A stretch of DNA of 64,000 nt from Planctomycetota bacterium (GCA_036479435.1 JAZGFI010000099.1:1-64000), one strand, 5' to 3'; counted from the stretch's first letter, positions 29,209 to 39,474 are shown. Numbers and translations: made by a program. Notes: generated by a model from the letters alone, not told the origin.

Positions 29209-30204
29209 ATGCTTGCTGCCATCATCTTTTGCACGCTCGCGTGCGCTACGACTCCCCAAATTCATGAAGCTCTGCCGGCGACGGCAGTGTCGACCTCGCC
29301 AGCGCGTTTGGACGAGCAATCGGCCTGGACTGCGTTGAATGCGATCATGCAGTCACATGCTTATCCCGAGCGTGGCCCGATGAATCGCCAACCCTTGCCT
29401 GACTACAGCGAGCAGCAACAAGCTCTCGCGGCCTTGTTGCCCAAAGTCGCGGGCACGAGCGCCGAGCCTCACCTGATATTCCATCTGGCGTCGACGCTCT
29501 ACCAACTCGATCGTTTTGCCGACGCGCTCGCGCAATTTTCGGCGACCAAAGAGAAATTCCCCAAGCATGGACTATGTGTCCTGCGCGATTTGGCCGACGA
29601 GAAAAGCCTTAGCTTGGTGAACAAAGGTATCTCCGACTGCCTGCGAGAAATCGAGATTCGCAAAAACTATGAGGTCAAGACGCTCCCGGTGGCGAAGCTC
29701 GACCCCAAAGCCAAAGCGGTGTTCCACACTTCATTGGGCGATTTCGAGATGATGTTTTTCAGCGAGGTCGCGCCGAAAACGGTTGCGAACATGAAAAAGC
29801 TCATCAAATCGGGCTATTACGGTGACACCTACATCCACCAAGTTCGCAGCCTCCGGCATTTCACGGCGGGCTGCCCCCGCACCAAGGAGAAGGAAGGTAT
29901 CGACCGCAACGACGACGGCAGCGGCGGGCCTGGCTACGAATTGCCGCTGGAATTCTCAACGGCACTGCACACCGCAAACTCGGTATCGATGTTGGCTTCG
30001 GCGGGCACCGGCCGCGCGAACGGCAGCCAGTTCGTGGTTTGCATCAACGCGCAGCCACAACTCAACCGCACGCAAGCGGTGTTCGCTCAGGTCATTTCGG
30101 GCATGGACGTGATCAAGAACATCACGAAGCAAGTCGCGGACGACAACGACAACCCTTACGAGCGAATCTGGATTCGAAGCGTCGAGTGGATTGAGAATCC
30201 CTAG
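29209..30204 (+). CDS. Exported cyclophilin-type PPIase-fold protein with N-terminal TPR-like helix pair
   Basis: TSLGDF.M..F..VAPKTVANM..L...GYY, G.GGPGY, NGSQF, VF.QVISGMDVI; several catalytic residues diverge. Confidence 0.85.
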   Translation: MLAAIIFCTLACATTPQIHEALPATAVSTSPARLDEQSAWTALNAIMQSHAYPERGPMNRQPLPDYSEQQQALAALLPKVAGTSAEPHLIFHLASTLYQLDRFADALAQFSATKEKFPKHGLCVLRDLADEKSLSLVNKGISDCLREIEIRKNYEVKTLPVAKLDPKAKAVFHTSLGDFEMMFFSEVAPKTVANMKKLIKSGYYGDTYIHQVRSLRHFTAGCPRTKEKEGIDRNDDGSGGPGYELPLEFSTALHTANSVSMLASAGTGRANGSQFVVCINAQPQLNRTQAVFAQVISGMDVIKNITKQVADDNDNPYERIWIRSVEWIENP

Positions 30205-31397
30205 TCAAAAATCGCCGATTGGCATTCAACGATAGACTGCATCCAAGCCGTCGCCTCCGTGGCGACGGCTTGTTTCATTTCGCCCAACCAATCGAGGTGG
30301 CTAGCCGAAGGGGCGCGGCTCAAGTCAGCGGCCAAGGACGCAGGAATCTCTCCGAGGGGCGACTTCGACTCTTTGAGTCGTTTCCACAAATCGCGGGCCG
30401 CCTTCGACATTGCGGCGAGTTCACCTTGGTAGGCATCCGCGCGATTTATGAGCGCCCATTCGAGATTTGCCACGAGGCGGTCGGCCTGTTTGAATCGTTC
30501 TCGTTCGGCGGCCTCGATACCGCCAATGGCGGCCAATAGGAGCCGCTGCTCCCAGTCCGGAGACGAGTTTAGGGTCGACCGACCAAGGCGCACTTCGCGA
30601 TACCAAGAGCGCAGAGCGCGAAGTTGCGCGATATACTGCCGGCAGGCGCGAAGTCTGCGATCCGCCCCTTTGACCACCATTGGATCGAAAGCCACTTTCT
30701 TAGACGGCAGACTTTCACCGTAAACCAGCAGATGGTCGGCATAGGAACGACGGTACACCGACCCTGCCGCCAAGACGGTTCCAAAGCCGATCGTTACCGG
30801 ACCCACGACACCACCGGCCCCCCCGAGGAAAACGCGGTCTTCGCGCATCAAGACGCCGCGAGGCACATCGCCAAACAAAGAGGCCGTCGCCTTGTCGCCA
30901 CGGGCCCCAAAGGGCGTGAAATTGAAGTGAATGAAACCGCTCCCGACTTCACTGTGGTCCGCGCGCGACCGGCCCCCCGTTATTAAACAATCACAAAAAT
31001 TGACATTCGAGCCGAGGGTCGCAAAAGACAGCAGCAGGCTCTGCTTCAGGCCTACCGCGTGCCCGGTGGAAGCTCCTTCCTCCAGTAGACTAGCGCCCCT
31101 TACATGGGCCGCAGGCCCGAGCGAAGCCGCGTCCAAAAGAACCGCGTTCTCAACGCTGCCGCTCGCAACTTTGACGCCGCGCCCCGTTGCGACGTTCTTC
31201 AGCACCACCGGCCCCTCGACGCCGAGATGGCAATCCGGCCCGAGGGTCGTGAGTTCGCCTTCTAGTCGAACGCCGGGTTCAAGGCGAGATCCAGGCTCGA
31301 TACGGCCGAGGTCAATCGCTCGATCAACCCAAACCGATGCGGGATCGGGAAGTTGCAAGCCCCTTTTCAGGAGCGCGGAAGTGTCGTGATACTGCAT
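30201..31397 (-). CDS. GlmU-like left-handed beta-helix (hexapeptide) protein
   Basis: LL.RG..LPDP.SV.VD, HVRGASLLEE, HAVGLKQ, TLGSNVNFCD, HSEVGS..IHFN resemble the GlmU acetyltransferase half; no pyrophosphorylase domain. Confidence 0.7.
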   Translation of the reverse strand: MQYHDTSALLKRGLQLPDPASVWVDRAIDLGRIEPGSRLEPGVRLEGELTTLGPDCHLGVEGPVVLKNVATGRGVKVASGSVENAVLLDAASLGPAAHVRGASLLEEGASTGHAVGLKQSLLLSFATLGSNVNFCDCLITGGRSRADHSEVGSGFIHFNFTPFGARGDKATASLFGDVPRGVLMREDRVFLGGAGGVVGPVTIGFGTVLAAGSVYRRSYADHLLVYGESLPSKKVAFDPMVVKGADRRLRACRQYIAQLRALRSWYREVRLGRSTLNSSPDWEQRLLLAAIGGIEAAERERFKQADRLVANLEWALINRADAYQGELAAMSKAARDLWKRLKESKSPLGEIPASLAADLSRAPSASHLDWLGEMKQAVATEATAWMQSIVECQSAIFD

Positions 31398-31574
31398 GGT
31401 GGGCGCATCCTACCGCATGATAGGCACCCCGCACCCAGCCCCCTTCAACGGGCTTTTTCAGGTTTCGAATCTCAGCAAGTGAAGCCCTGAGAGACATAAG
31501 CCACCGGCCCAAACCCAAAGCGGGCTGAGTTTTGGGGCGGATTTGGCCGATGAGCAGTTGGGAGTCACTCCGTC

Positions 31575-33104
31575 ATGGATGCGATCGGAAACGAAGACAA
31601 GGCCCAGACCCGCCAGAAGCTTCAAGTTGCTTTGGAGCGTGGCTTGGGGTCCGCTTTTCGATTTGCTTCCGAAATCGACAGCGACCAGGTGGTCGAGATG
31701 ATCCTTAGGACTTCTCGCCGCAAAGAGGTTTCTGCGCGGCCACAAGAGACTCCCCCCGCCGCTTGGTGGGTCGCTCTCGCGGACCACGTTGGCGGCCAGA
31801 CTCTCCTTTGCGACCAAGCCCTCGCTGAGATCGACCAGAGCGAAGATCGAGAGGTCATTGACCGAAGTCTGAATCTCATTTTCCATTTCGCCCGCCGGGG
31901 TTCAGAGCCCGCACGCGATGCACTCTACCGGACTTTCGTTCGCCAGCAGTTCGACGACGCCTCCATCGGTGGCAATCAAATCATCGACCTCGATCGCTTC
32001 GACGGTTTTCTGTTTGCCACTGAGGTCATCGGTCAGCGACTTGTGCGCGAGATGGAATACGAATCGACGGGGGCCTTGTTCAAGCACGCCGCGGCGCGAC
32101 TGGATCGTGGGCAGCTCGAAAAACGCCTCGCGCGCCGCGCTCAACGAAGTGCCGAAGTTGACCTCTATCGTGAACGTCTGATCGAGCTCGGCCTGATCTC
32201 CGATGAGAGCACCATGCCGATGGTTCCTCTTGAACTGCGAGCCTCGCGCGCGGAAGCGCGAGCGCTTACCGATCGCGCCGAGGGCGCATCCGTCATTTGT
32301 GGGGCGCGCGTTCTCGCCGAACGCGGCCTGGATGTGGACGCGCCTTCGGTTCTCGCCAAAGACCTACCGCAGCTCTTCGACTTGAGCGACGGCAATCAGC
32401 TCGCCACGGCCTTGGTCGACGTCACGCGAGATTCGCCATTCCCTGAGTTTGCTCCCGCCTTGCAGTGGGCGGCCAATGCAACAAGCTCCGGCTCCGTTCG
32501 CCGCGAAGCCATCAAACGTCTGATTGCATGGAATGAGGCACCACGTCAACTCATCTCCGATGGACTGAGGGATGCTCACGCAGATGTTCGAAGTTTCGCT
32601 CGCGACCACTTAGTGCCCGCGCCGGGCCTGAAAGACCAACAGATCTATTGCCGGACGGATGACCGTGGGGGTCGCTTTTTTCATTTCAGCCGCTACCGGC
32701 TCGACCCCGGGGTCGCAGCACTTTGGTGCCAAGCTGAATGCCTCGAAAACGTCTTGGCGGCGGAGAACACGCAAACCCAACCGGACCGACCCTCTGGCCC
32801 CTTCGATGGTGGAACCGAGACCATCGAAGCCGTGGAATTCGCGCCCCGCATGATGATCCAAATGAGGGTGCACCTTGGCGATCTCATCGAGGAACCGAGC
32901 TTGCCGACGGTAAAGGTAAAGGACGCGGTGGAGATCCTCGAAGCCGCGGCAGGCTTTAGCTCCCAGGCCGTCGCCTATCGCCTCGTGCGCCCAATGCCGG
33001 TCCTCGAAACCGCGAACTACGTCTGCTTCCAGGATTTCCTCGTCCTCGACCCTAAGGGCGGACGCGTCGGTCGATTCCGCTTCGGCGCCCGCTATCTCGA
33101 TTGA
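31575..33104 (+). CDS. Hypothetical protein with HEAT-like repeat segment
   Basis: 509-aa ORF; VRREAI..L and GLRDAHADVRS HEAT-like motifs. Confidence 0.65.
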   Translation: MDAIGNEDKAQTRQKLQVALERGLGSAFRFASEIDSDQVVEMILRTSRRKEVSARPQETPPAAWWVALADHVGGQTLLCDQALAEIDQSEDREVIDRSLNLIFHFARRGSEPARDALYRTFVRQQFDDASIGGNQIIDLDRFDGFLFATEVIGQRLVREMEYESTGALFKHAAARLDRGQLEKRLARRAQRSAEVDLYRERLIELGLISDESTMPMVPLELRASRAEARALTDRAEGASVICGARVLAERGLDVDAPSVLAKDLPQLFDLSDGNQLATALVDVTRDSPFPEFAPALQWAANATSSGSVRREAIKRLIAWNEAPRQLISDGLRDAHADVRSFARDHLVPAPGLKDQQIYCRTDDRGGRFFHFSRYRLDPGVAALWCQAECLENVLAAENTQTQPDRPSGPFDGGTETIEAVEFAPRMMIQMRVHLGDLIEEPSLPTVKVKDAVEILEAAAGFSSQAVAYRLVRPMPVLETANYVCFQDFLVLDPKGGRVGRFRFGARYLD

Positions 33105-33129
33105 CTTAGGGGCGAGTTAACGGCCACCA

Positions 33130-34404
33130 TTACTCGGCCGCGAATTTGCGGATCTGTTGACTGAGGAGCCGGGACTGAAAGCCGCCGACGGGTTGCCCAC
33201 CTTGTTCAATGAGGCGAATCTTCCCGGTCTTGTCGATCACGACCACACAGGGCACACCTCGAACTTCGTAAGCCTTGTGGTTGTCAAAATCCTTGGCGAG
33301 CCCGATAGGTATCCGAATCGGCTTCTCGAGCGACTTCCAAAGCCCCTCCTCTTCAGAACCGGCCACGACTTTCGCCCTAAGCTCTTTTTGCAAGACGCGA
33401 CGCGGGTTGGCGCGATACTGACTCAACCATTTGGCTTCGGCGGCGATGGTCCATTTGTTCTGACCCGCCTTGTAGGCTTTCGTCAGCCCCCAAAAAGTTA
33501 CCGGGCGCCCCCGCAGTGACTGTTCCATGCCACTGAGGTTTTGGAGCATCAAGGTGCTCGGGATGTTGTTGTTCATGAAGAAGCACATCACGACCACGCG
33601 ACCGCGATTGCGGGCGAGGCTGCTTCCGTTCGAGCCGATCCACTGCGCCATCCCCACCAAGGCCGGAGCCTGGGAGCCGATCAGCTCCAAAACCTTTGCC
33701 TTGCGTTGCAATTCAGGAGCTTCCTCCGCCTCGCTGCGCAAAGCCGCCAGACGCTTGCGCGCCTCTTTGTAGTCGCCCAAGTAAGTCAGGGCATCGATGA
33801 CTTGAAGCGCGGCGTCAGCGGCAACCTCGTGCTCGGGGTGAGCGCGAAGCGTCTCGTCGTAGGCTTTGACCGCTTCGGAAAACCTCAGATCCAAAAAGAA
33901 CGCCGTCGCCAGCCCCAACCTGGCGTAGGGCAAGCGGTCACTCTTCGGATACTTGCTGAGGAACTTGCGATAAAGTGCCGCCGCTTCCCCCAGACGACTG
34001 AGCGAACGGTAGCAATCGCCAAGAAAAAGCTCCGCGGACTCGGCTTCTGCATGCAGCGGGGCACGGTCCAAGAACAGCCGAAAATGCTTCGCGGCATTCT
34101 GGGTGTCCTGAAGATCAATATAGGCGCGCCCGAGATCGAAATGACCAATCGTTATCCGCCCTCGGTTCCCCTCAAACTTCTTGACGAAGTCCAAAGCGGA
34201 TTGTCGGTAGCCATCCATGCGAGTGCGACGCTGCTCATCACTCATCTCGCCATTCATGCGCGCGCGCGCATTCTCAACCGCGGCATAAGCCGCCCGAACC
34301 TCATTATCCAAAGTCGTGGACGCAACCTGGCCGGGCAATAAAGCGGCCGAAGAAAGGGAAAAAGCGACGCCAAAAAAGACGGCAAGGGACAGCAATCGGG
34401 CCAT
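33130..34404 (-). CDS. Exported TPR (BamD/YbgF-like) - TlpA/redoxin-fold protein lacking CxxC
   Basis: Signal peptide; FLSKYPKS and TLRAHPEH TPR turns; IG..APAL...W, RGRVVV, YEVRGVP..VVIDKTGKIR redoxin motifs. Confidence 0.75.
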   Translation of the reverse strand: MARLLSLAVFFGVAFSLSSAALLPGQVASTTLDNEVRAAYAAVENARARMNGEMSDEQRRTRMDGYRQSALDFVKKFEGNRGRITIGHFDLGRAYIDLQDTQNAAKHFRLFLDRAPLHAEAESAELFLGDCYRSLSRLGEAAALYRKFLSKYPKSDRLPYARLGLATAFFLDLRFSEAVKAYDETLRAHPEHEVAADAALQVIDALTYLGDYKEARKRLAALRSEAEEAPELQRKAKVLELIGSQAPALVGMAQWIGSNGSSLARNRGRVVVMCFFMNNNIPSTLMLQNLSGMEQSLRGRPVTFWGLTKAYKAGQNKWTIAAEAKWLSQYRANPRRVLQKELRAKVVAGSEEEGLWKSLEKPIRIPIGLAKDFDNHKAYEVRGVPCVVVIDKTGKIRLIEQGGQPVGGFQSRLLSQQIRKFAAE

Positions 34405-34617
34405 ATCGGAATTTCCTTGGCAGCCACAAGTCATCAACGTCAAGTCATTCTACGTCACCCAGCCGCCACGTTGGCAAAAAACCCCCGATTTTCACCTGGG
34501 TCTGCGAGCTGAGCATGCAAACAGCCCGGGTGGTGTAGCTGGTCAGATCAGACCGCTGGATTCAGGACTGCCGTCAACTACAATACGGCGAGCTTCTGTA
34601 TGGGCGGAGGACCCGCG

Positions 34618-35832
34618 ATGACCCCAGTCGTGCTGAGTGATATGGAGCTCTTGGAGCTTCTTGGCGACATCGAGTCAGATCGTGCCGAGCGAAAAGAGAG
34701 CCTATCCGGAGATTCCGCCAAAAAAATCCGGCAGGCGATCTGTGCCTTCGCCAACGATCTTCCAGGTCATGGACGCCCGGGAGTGATTTTTGTCGGCGCT
34801 CGTGATGATGGGACACCTTCTGAGCTGAGGATCACCGACAAACTGCTCTTGCAATTGGCCGACATGAAGAGCGACGGCAATATTGTCCCGCCACTCACGA
34901 TGACGGTCGAGAAAAGACATCTGTCCTCTGCAGACATGGCGATCGTCACGATTGCTCCCTCAGATGCCCCGCCCGTGAGGTATCGCGGCCGAATCTGGAT
35001 AAGCACCAGCCCTCGCCGCGACATCGCAACCGCCCAGGACGAGCGCATTCTCAATGAGCGGCGGCGCCACGGCGATCTTCCGTTCGACGTAAAGCCGGTC
35101 AAGAGCGCCCAACTGGATGACCTAAGTCGAAAAATGTTTGAAGGAGAGTATCTACCTTCCGCGATCGCTCCCGATGTTCTCGACGCTAATGAGAGGACTT
35201 TCGAGCAGCGTTTGGCCGCAACCAAGATGATCGTCGGAGCGGAAGACCCCAGGCCCACGGTCTTGGGCGTCATCGTTCTTTCACCTCGCACGCGTGATTT
35301 CTTGCCGGATGCCTACCTACAGTTTCTGCGTATTCGGGGAAGCAAACTCAGTGATCCAGTAGCCGACGAACAGGCCATTGATGGCCCTCTATGCGACATC
35401 ATTCGTCGCATCGATGAGAAGTTGGAGGCGCACAACGCCACATCGGTTGACTTCGTATCCGAAACTCGTGAAATCCGACGCAGCACCTATCCTAGGGGAG
35501 CCTTGCAACAAGTCATCCGAAACGCGGTTATGCATCGAAGCTACGAAGCGACCAACGCGCCCGTACGAATTACCTGGTACGACGACCGCATCGAAGTTTG
35601 GAGTCCCGGCGGCCCTTTCGGTTCTGTGCGTTCGGAGACCTTCGGTCAACCCGGTGTCACGGACTATCGCAACCCCAATTTATCTGAAGCGATGAGGACG
35701 TTGGGATTCGTCCAACGTTTTGGAGTGGGGCTTGCCACGGCACAACACCTCCTCCATGAAAACGGAAACCCAGCGCTTGAGTTCGATGTACAGGCCACCC
35801 ACGTCGGCGTCACCCTGAGAGCACGCTCATGA
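34618..35832 (+). CDS. Schlafen/AlbA_2 domain + RecG-C/HATPase_c_4 domain protein
   Basis: ESDRAERKES, ICAFAND..G..GVIFVG.RDDG, YP..AL.Q..RNAVMHRSY, DRIEVWSPGG, RNP.L.EAM..LGFVQRFG.G; GGAGG RBS. Confidence 0.88.
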   Translation: MTPVVLSDMELLELLGDIESDRAERKESLSGDSAKKIRQAICAFANDLPGHGRPGVIFVGARDDGTPSELRITDKLLLQLADMKSDGNIVPPLTMTVEKRHLSSADMAIVTIAPSDAPPVRYRGRIWISTSPRRDIATAQDERILNERRRHGDLPFDVKPVKSAQLDDLSRKMFEGEYLPSAIAPDVLDANERTFEQRLAATKMIVGAEDPRPTVLGVIVLSPRTRDFLPDAYLQFLRIRGSKLSDPVADEQAIDGPLCDIIRRIDEKLEAHNATSVDFVSETREIRRSTYPRGALQQVIRNAVMHRSYEATNAPVRITWYDDRIEVWSPGGPFGSVRSETFGQPGVTDYRNPNLSEAMRTLGFVQRFGVGLATAQHLLHENGNPALEFDVQATHVGVTLRARS

Positions 35833-36810
35833 AGACGATCGCCTTTTTCAACATCAAGGGCGACGTAGGCAAGACCAGTCTGGTGTACCACCTAGCTTGC
35901 ATGTATTCCGACCTTGGCTTGACGGTGATCGCCGCGGATCTAGATCCCCAAGCAAACCTAACGACCATGTTCATGGACGAAGACCGATTCGATGGTCTTT
36001 GGCCCCCTGCCGAAACGGCTCACACCATCCTCGGGTCGATTCTGCCCTTACTAGAAGGGCGAGGGTGGCATCGAGGAGCCCTACATCGAAGACGTCAGAA
36101 ACGTAGCGCTCTTGGCTGGCGACCTTGGTCTTTCGAGTTTTGAGGATGAGTTAAGTCAACAATGGTCCCGCGGTCTGGATGGTAAAAAGCGCGCGTTCCA
36201 CGTGATGGGCGCGTTCCACGAACTCATTTCACGAGCGGCAAAATCTCGAGCGGCAGACTTGGTACTCATTGATGTTGGCCCCAACCTTGGCGCGATCAAT
36301 CGCTCAGCCCTCATCGCCGCGGATCATGTGGTCATACCGCTGGCGCCAGACCTTTTTTCGCTCAAGGGCCTCCAGAACCTCGGGCCACGACTACGTCAAT
36401 GGAACGAGGGCTGGCGCGAGCGAATTGCCAAACGACCTCAAGGCATGGACCTTCCCAAAGGTGACATGAATCCCCTCGGATACATCGTGATGCAACATGC
36501 CGTTCGTCTTGACCGGCCAGTCAAGGCCTACCAGAAGTGGATGCAGCGTATGCCCAGTACTTATCGTGAGGCCGTTCTCGATGTACCGCAAGCGAGCCTT
36601 ACTCTCGAAACAGATCCCCACTGCTTGGCCAGCCTCAAGCACTATCGAAGCTTGATGCCCTTGGCCCAGGAAGCGCGCAAGCCGATGTTCGATCTCAAGT
36701 CAGCTGACGGAGCCATCGGTGGCCATGCGGAAGCCGTGCAATCTTGTTACCGCGACTTTCGCACCTTGGCTCAAGAGATTGCAAGACGCGCAGGCGTCCC
36801 TTTCAAGTAA
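35829..36810 (+). pseudogene. Frameshifted ParA-family ATPase
   Basis: ORFs 35829-36143 and 36112-36810 join into one 326-aa ParA if one G is removed from GGG at 36057-36059; DLDPQANLT and IDVGPNLG motifs; Walker A reads NIKGDVGKT. Confidence 0.85.
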
Positions 36811-36829
36811 TTGCTTTTCTATCGGACTG

Positions 36830-38278
36830 CTACTGGGGCTTGGGGCGCCTTTGGAATTGCTGGGAGAACTTATTGCGGAGGTACTTCATGCGTTCCGGGC
36901 GGGAGAGTTTGTCGTAGGTGGCGCGGTCGCTGGCGGAGAGCTTGGCTTCGAACTCTTGCATTTTTTGGCGGAAGCCCGGACCGGGGCCGCGACCGCCGCC
37001 TTTGCGGCCGCCGCGGTGGCGCATGCCGTGGGCGGCCATTTCGCGGAAGGTCTCGAGCGCTTTGGCGCCCTCTTTGGGACCGAGGCGTTTGATCAGCTCG
37101 GCGCGGATGTCTTCGGGCTTGCCCTTCCACGTGAGGTGGATGAACTTGCGCCAGTCGGCGCCCAGCTTTTTGCGGAGCGCCCTTGCGGAGGCGTGGCGCT
37201 TTTCTTGGGCGCCCCAGTCTTCATCGGGAAACTTCTTTTCTAGAAAGGCGCGGCGGTCCTTTCGGTTCATCTGGCGTAGGGCTTCCATTTCTTGCGGGTT
37301 CAAGCGCTCGCGCATGTCTTTGCGCAAGCCGTAGCGTCCGCGATCGCGAAAGTGAATGCGTTCGAGGTCGCGCGCCAAGCGGTGGCGGTCGCGGCGGCCG
37401 AGTTTGCTCACGATGCTGAGCGACTTTTCGTTCAAAACTGCGAAGCCTTGCAAAGTGTTGGTCTTCGCGCCGATTCGAAGAGCGACGAGGAATTCGCGGC
37501 GGCGATTGCGATCTAGTCGACGCAGACTGTCGATTTCAGACTTGGAGAGAACCGAACTCAGGCGAAACTTGCGCACTGCCTTGTCGTGCCAAAACTCGTC
37601 GGTGCCGAGGGCTCTTAGGCGCTCGCTTTCTTTTTCACCGATGACGTCACCGTAGGCCTGCAGAAAAACCCGGCGATTGAGTTCACGGGCAAAGCGTACT
37701 TTTTCTTTGGAGCTTCCGGCCTCGGCATTGGCAGCTTCTTCAAGTGAGATAATCTCGTGACGTTTCGCGTTTTGAATTGCCTTGTCGAGAAGGTGATCGG
37801 CGCGGGCCTGGGCGAGGCGTTTCTCGAGCGCCTGGCCCTTCAGGCCTTTCAGCTGGGCTTGGGTTTTCGGGTCGAGCTTGCGGATGTAGTGCTCACGCAT
37901 CCGCGCGTGCGCCGATTCCCAGTGGCTGACGACTTTGCGAACGCGCTCCGCCCCGCTGCCTTTTGCCAATTGCCGCAGCTCGTCAATGGAAGCGAATCGC
38001 GCAACTTGCCAGGCCATGCGGCGGAAGTTGCGCTCGGCCTTGTCGCCTTTTTCACCTTCGGGGCGCAAAGCCTTGAAACTGGAGATCAGCGACTTCCGAG
38101 TGCCGTCGCGCTCTTGCCGCTCTTTGGGGTTGGCGGGCGTACGTCTCTGGGGCCCGCGAGCGTAGCGCCCCGAACCCCAACCTTGCGCCGACGCCGTGGC
38201 CGGGAAGGCCAAGGTCAAGATCGTGGCTGTTAGAACCAAGGTCAAAATCGTCATCAGGTAGAGCGTTTTCGGCAACAT
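36830..38278 (-). CDS. Exported, highly basic helical-repeat protein in the ECF operon
   Basis: Signal peptide ending ASA; recurring L...E...L..L...RR units; third gene after sigma/anti-sigma. Confidence 0.65.
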   Translation of the reverse strand: MLPKTLYLMTILTLVLTATILTLAFPATASAQGWGSGRYARGPQRRTPANPKERQERDGTRKSLISSFKALRPEGEKGDKAERNFRRMAWQVARFASIDELRQLAKGSGAERVRKVVSHWESAHARMREHYIRKLDPKTQAQLKGLKGQALEKRLAQARADHLLDKAIQNAKRHEIISLEEAANAEAGSSKEKVRFARELNRRVFLQAYGDVIGEKESERLRALGTDEFWHDKAVRKFRLSSVLSKSEIDSLRRLDRNRRREFLVALRIGAKTNTLQGFAVLNEKSLSIVSKLGRRDRHRLARDLERIHFRDRGRYGLRKDMRERLNPQEMEALRQMNRKDRRAFLEKKFPDEDWGAQEKRHASARALRKKLGADWRKFIHLTWKGKPEDIRAELIKRLGPKEGAKALETFREMAAHGMRHRGGRKGGGRGPGPGFRQKMQEFEAKLSASDRATYDKLSRPERMKYLRNKFSQQFQRRPKPQ

Positions 38279-38346
38279 CGTCAAGCGAACCTTTTTGCGA
38301 ACCATCGAACATAGGGCCAATGCCTGCGTCAGATCAGGTATAGCGA

Positions 38347-38802
38347 CTAACTTCCAAACCAAGCGAGGTCGTCGTCCTCGGCGGCGGCGACATCCAAACT
38401 CAAGAGCGCTTCTTCTTGCATGCCGCTGAGCTTGTCCACGACATCACTGAAGTCTTCGGCCACGTGGTTGTTGCCGTTTTGACGCGGGTCCTCGGGATCA
38501 GTGCTACCCGGCGGCATGAACACGACGATCGCAATGATCGCGACCGCCACGGACGCAGCCACCCAAATTGACCGTCGTTTGAAAAACAACAGCCGGCCGG
38601 CCGGAGTTTCGCTCGAGCGCTGCACCCGCTTGAGAGTGCGAGCGACAAAATCCGCCCCGGCCTTGTCGGCACCGTCGTCTAAGACCCCGAGCACTCCCCA
38701 TAGGGCCTCGTCTTCGGAATCGAAGTGCCGACGCAACTCGGGGTGAGCATCACCCGGCTTCAGATCAGAGTTTTCGTTTTCGGGCTTCGCCATTGCGAAC
38801 AT
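38347..38802 (-). CDS. Putative single-TM anti-sigma factor
   Basis: DEALW..L..L, DFVARTL.RV, then a TM helix; directly downstream of the ECF sigma. Confidence 0.7.
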   Translation of the reverse strand: MFAMAKPENENSDLKPGDAHPELRRHFDSEDEALWGVLGVLDDGADKAGADFVARTLKRVQRSSETPAGRLLFFKRRSIWVAASVAVAIIAIVVFMPPGSTDPEDPRQNGNNHVAEDFSDVVDKLSGMQEEALLSLDVAAAEDDDLAWFGS

Positions 38803-38830
38803 CCCTTCCCTTTGAACTTATTCGTCCACA

Positions 38831-39463
38831 TCAAGTTGACTCGTCAGCACGCAAGACCAGGAAATCCTGGATCTCGCGACTCAATGAGTCCTTCAAGTTG
38901 TTCTTCGCTCGGTTCAGCAGCGACTTCACCGCCATGACCGATAGCTCCATCGTCGCGCCGATATCGGCGTAGGACATCTGCTCAAACCGCGCCAGTAAAA
39001 TGGCCATCCGCTGGTTGTCCGGCAAGGCGTCGATGGCCGACCGCACTTTGCTTTTCAACTCGACCATGTCCATGTCCGCTTCCGGCCGGGATCCGTCGTC
39101 TTCGATACGTTCGGAGAGCCTTGATCCCTTTCCCTCGGCGTCTGAGTCCCTTTCCTGGTCCAAGGAAACCTGAAAATGGCGGGCCGCGCGCCGTTTTTCG
39201 TTGAGGCAAACGTTCGTGGCGATGGCCAGCAACCAAGTCTTGAAGCGAGCTCTTGGCTCATAGGTCTTCGCGGCGCGATGAACCTTCAAGAACACATCTT
39301 GGGCGAGATCCTCGACCGGCCCTGAGGGACCGACAAAGCGCTGCATGAAGCCCATCAACAACGAACCGTAGCCTGCTACGAGTTCCTCGAAGGCGCTTTC
39401 ATCGCCCTCACGCACGCGGAGCATGCGTTTGACGTCGGGGTCTTCCAGGTACTCGTCGGCCAT
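38831..39463 (-). CDS. ECF RNA polymerase sigma factor
   Basis: GDESAFEELV, EDLAQDVFLKV, FKTWL..IATN.CLN, AI.ALPDNQR.AILL..FE.MSY.DI...M..S..AVKS.L.RA. Confidence 0.95.
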   Translation of the reverse strand: MADEYLEDPDVKRMLRVREGDESAFEELVAGYGSLLMGFMQRFVGPSGPVEDLAQDVFLKVHRAAKTYEPRARFKTWLLAIATNVCLNEKRRAARHFQVSLDQERDSDAEGKGSRLSERIEDDGSRPEADMDMVELKSKVRSAIDALPDNQRMAILLARFEQMSYADIGATMELSVMAVKSLLNRAKNNLKDSLSREIQDFLVLRADEST

Positions 39464-39474
39464 GGCCAATTCCT

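Noticed and set aside
34527..34580. GGGTGGTGTAGCTGGTCAG... tRNA-like start next to the AlbA_2 islet
   Set aside because: No T-arm (GTTCRA) or acceptor-stem pairing; it cannot be folded as a tRNA.
36040..36143. Programmed frameshift in parA
   Set aside because: No slippery heptamer is visible, and the Walker A also carries substitutions, so decay is more likely.
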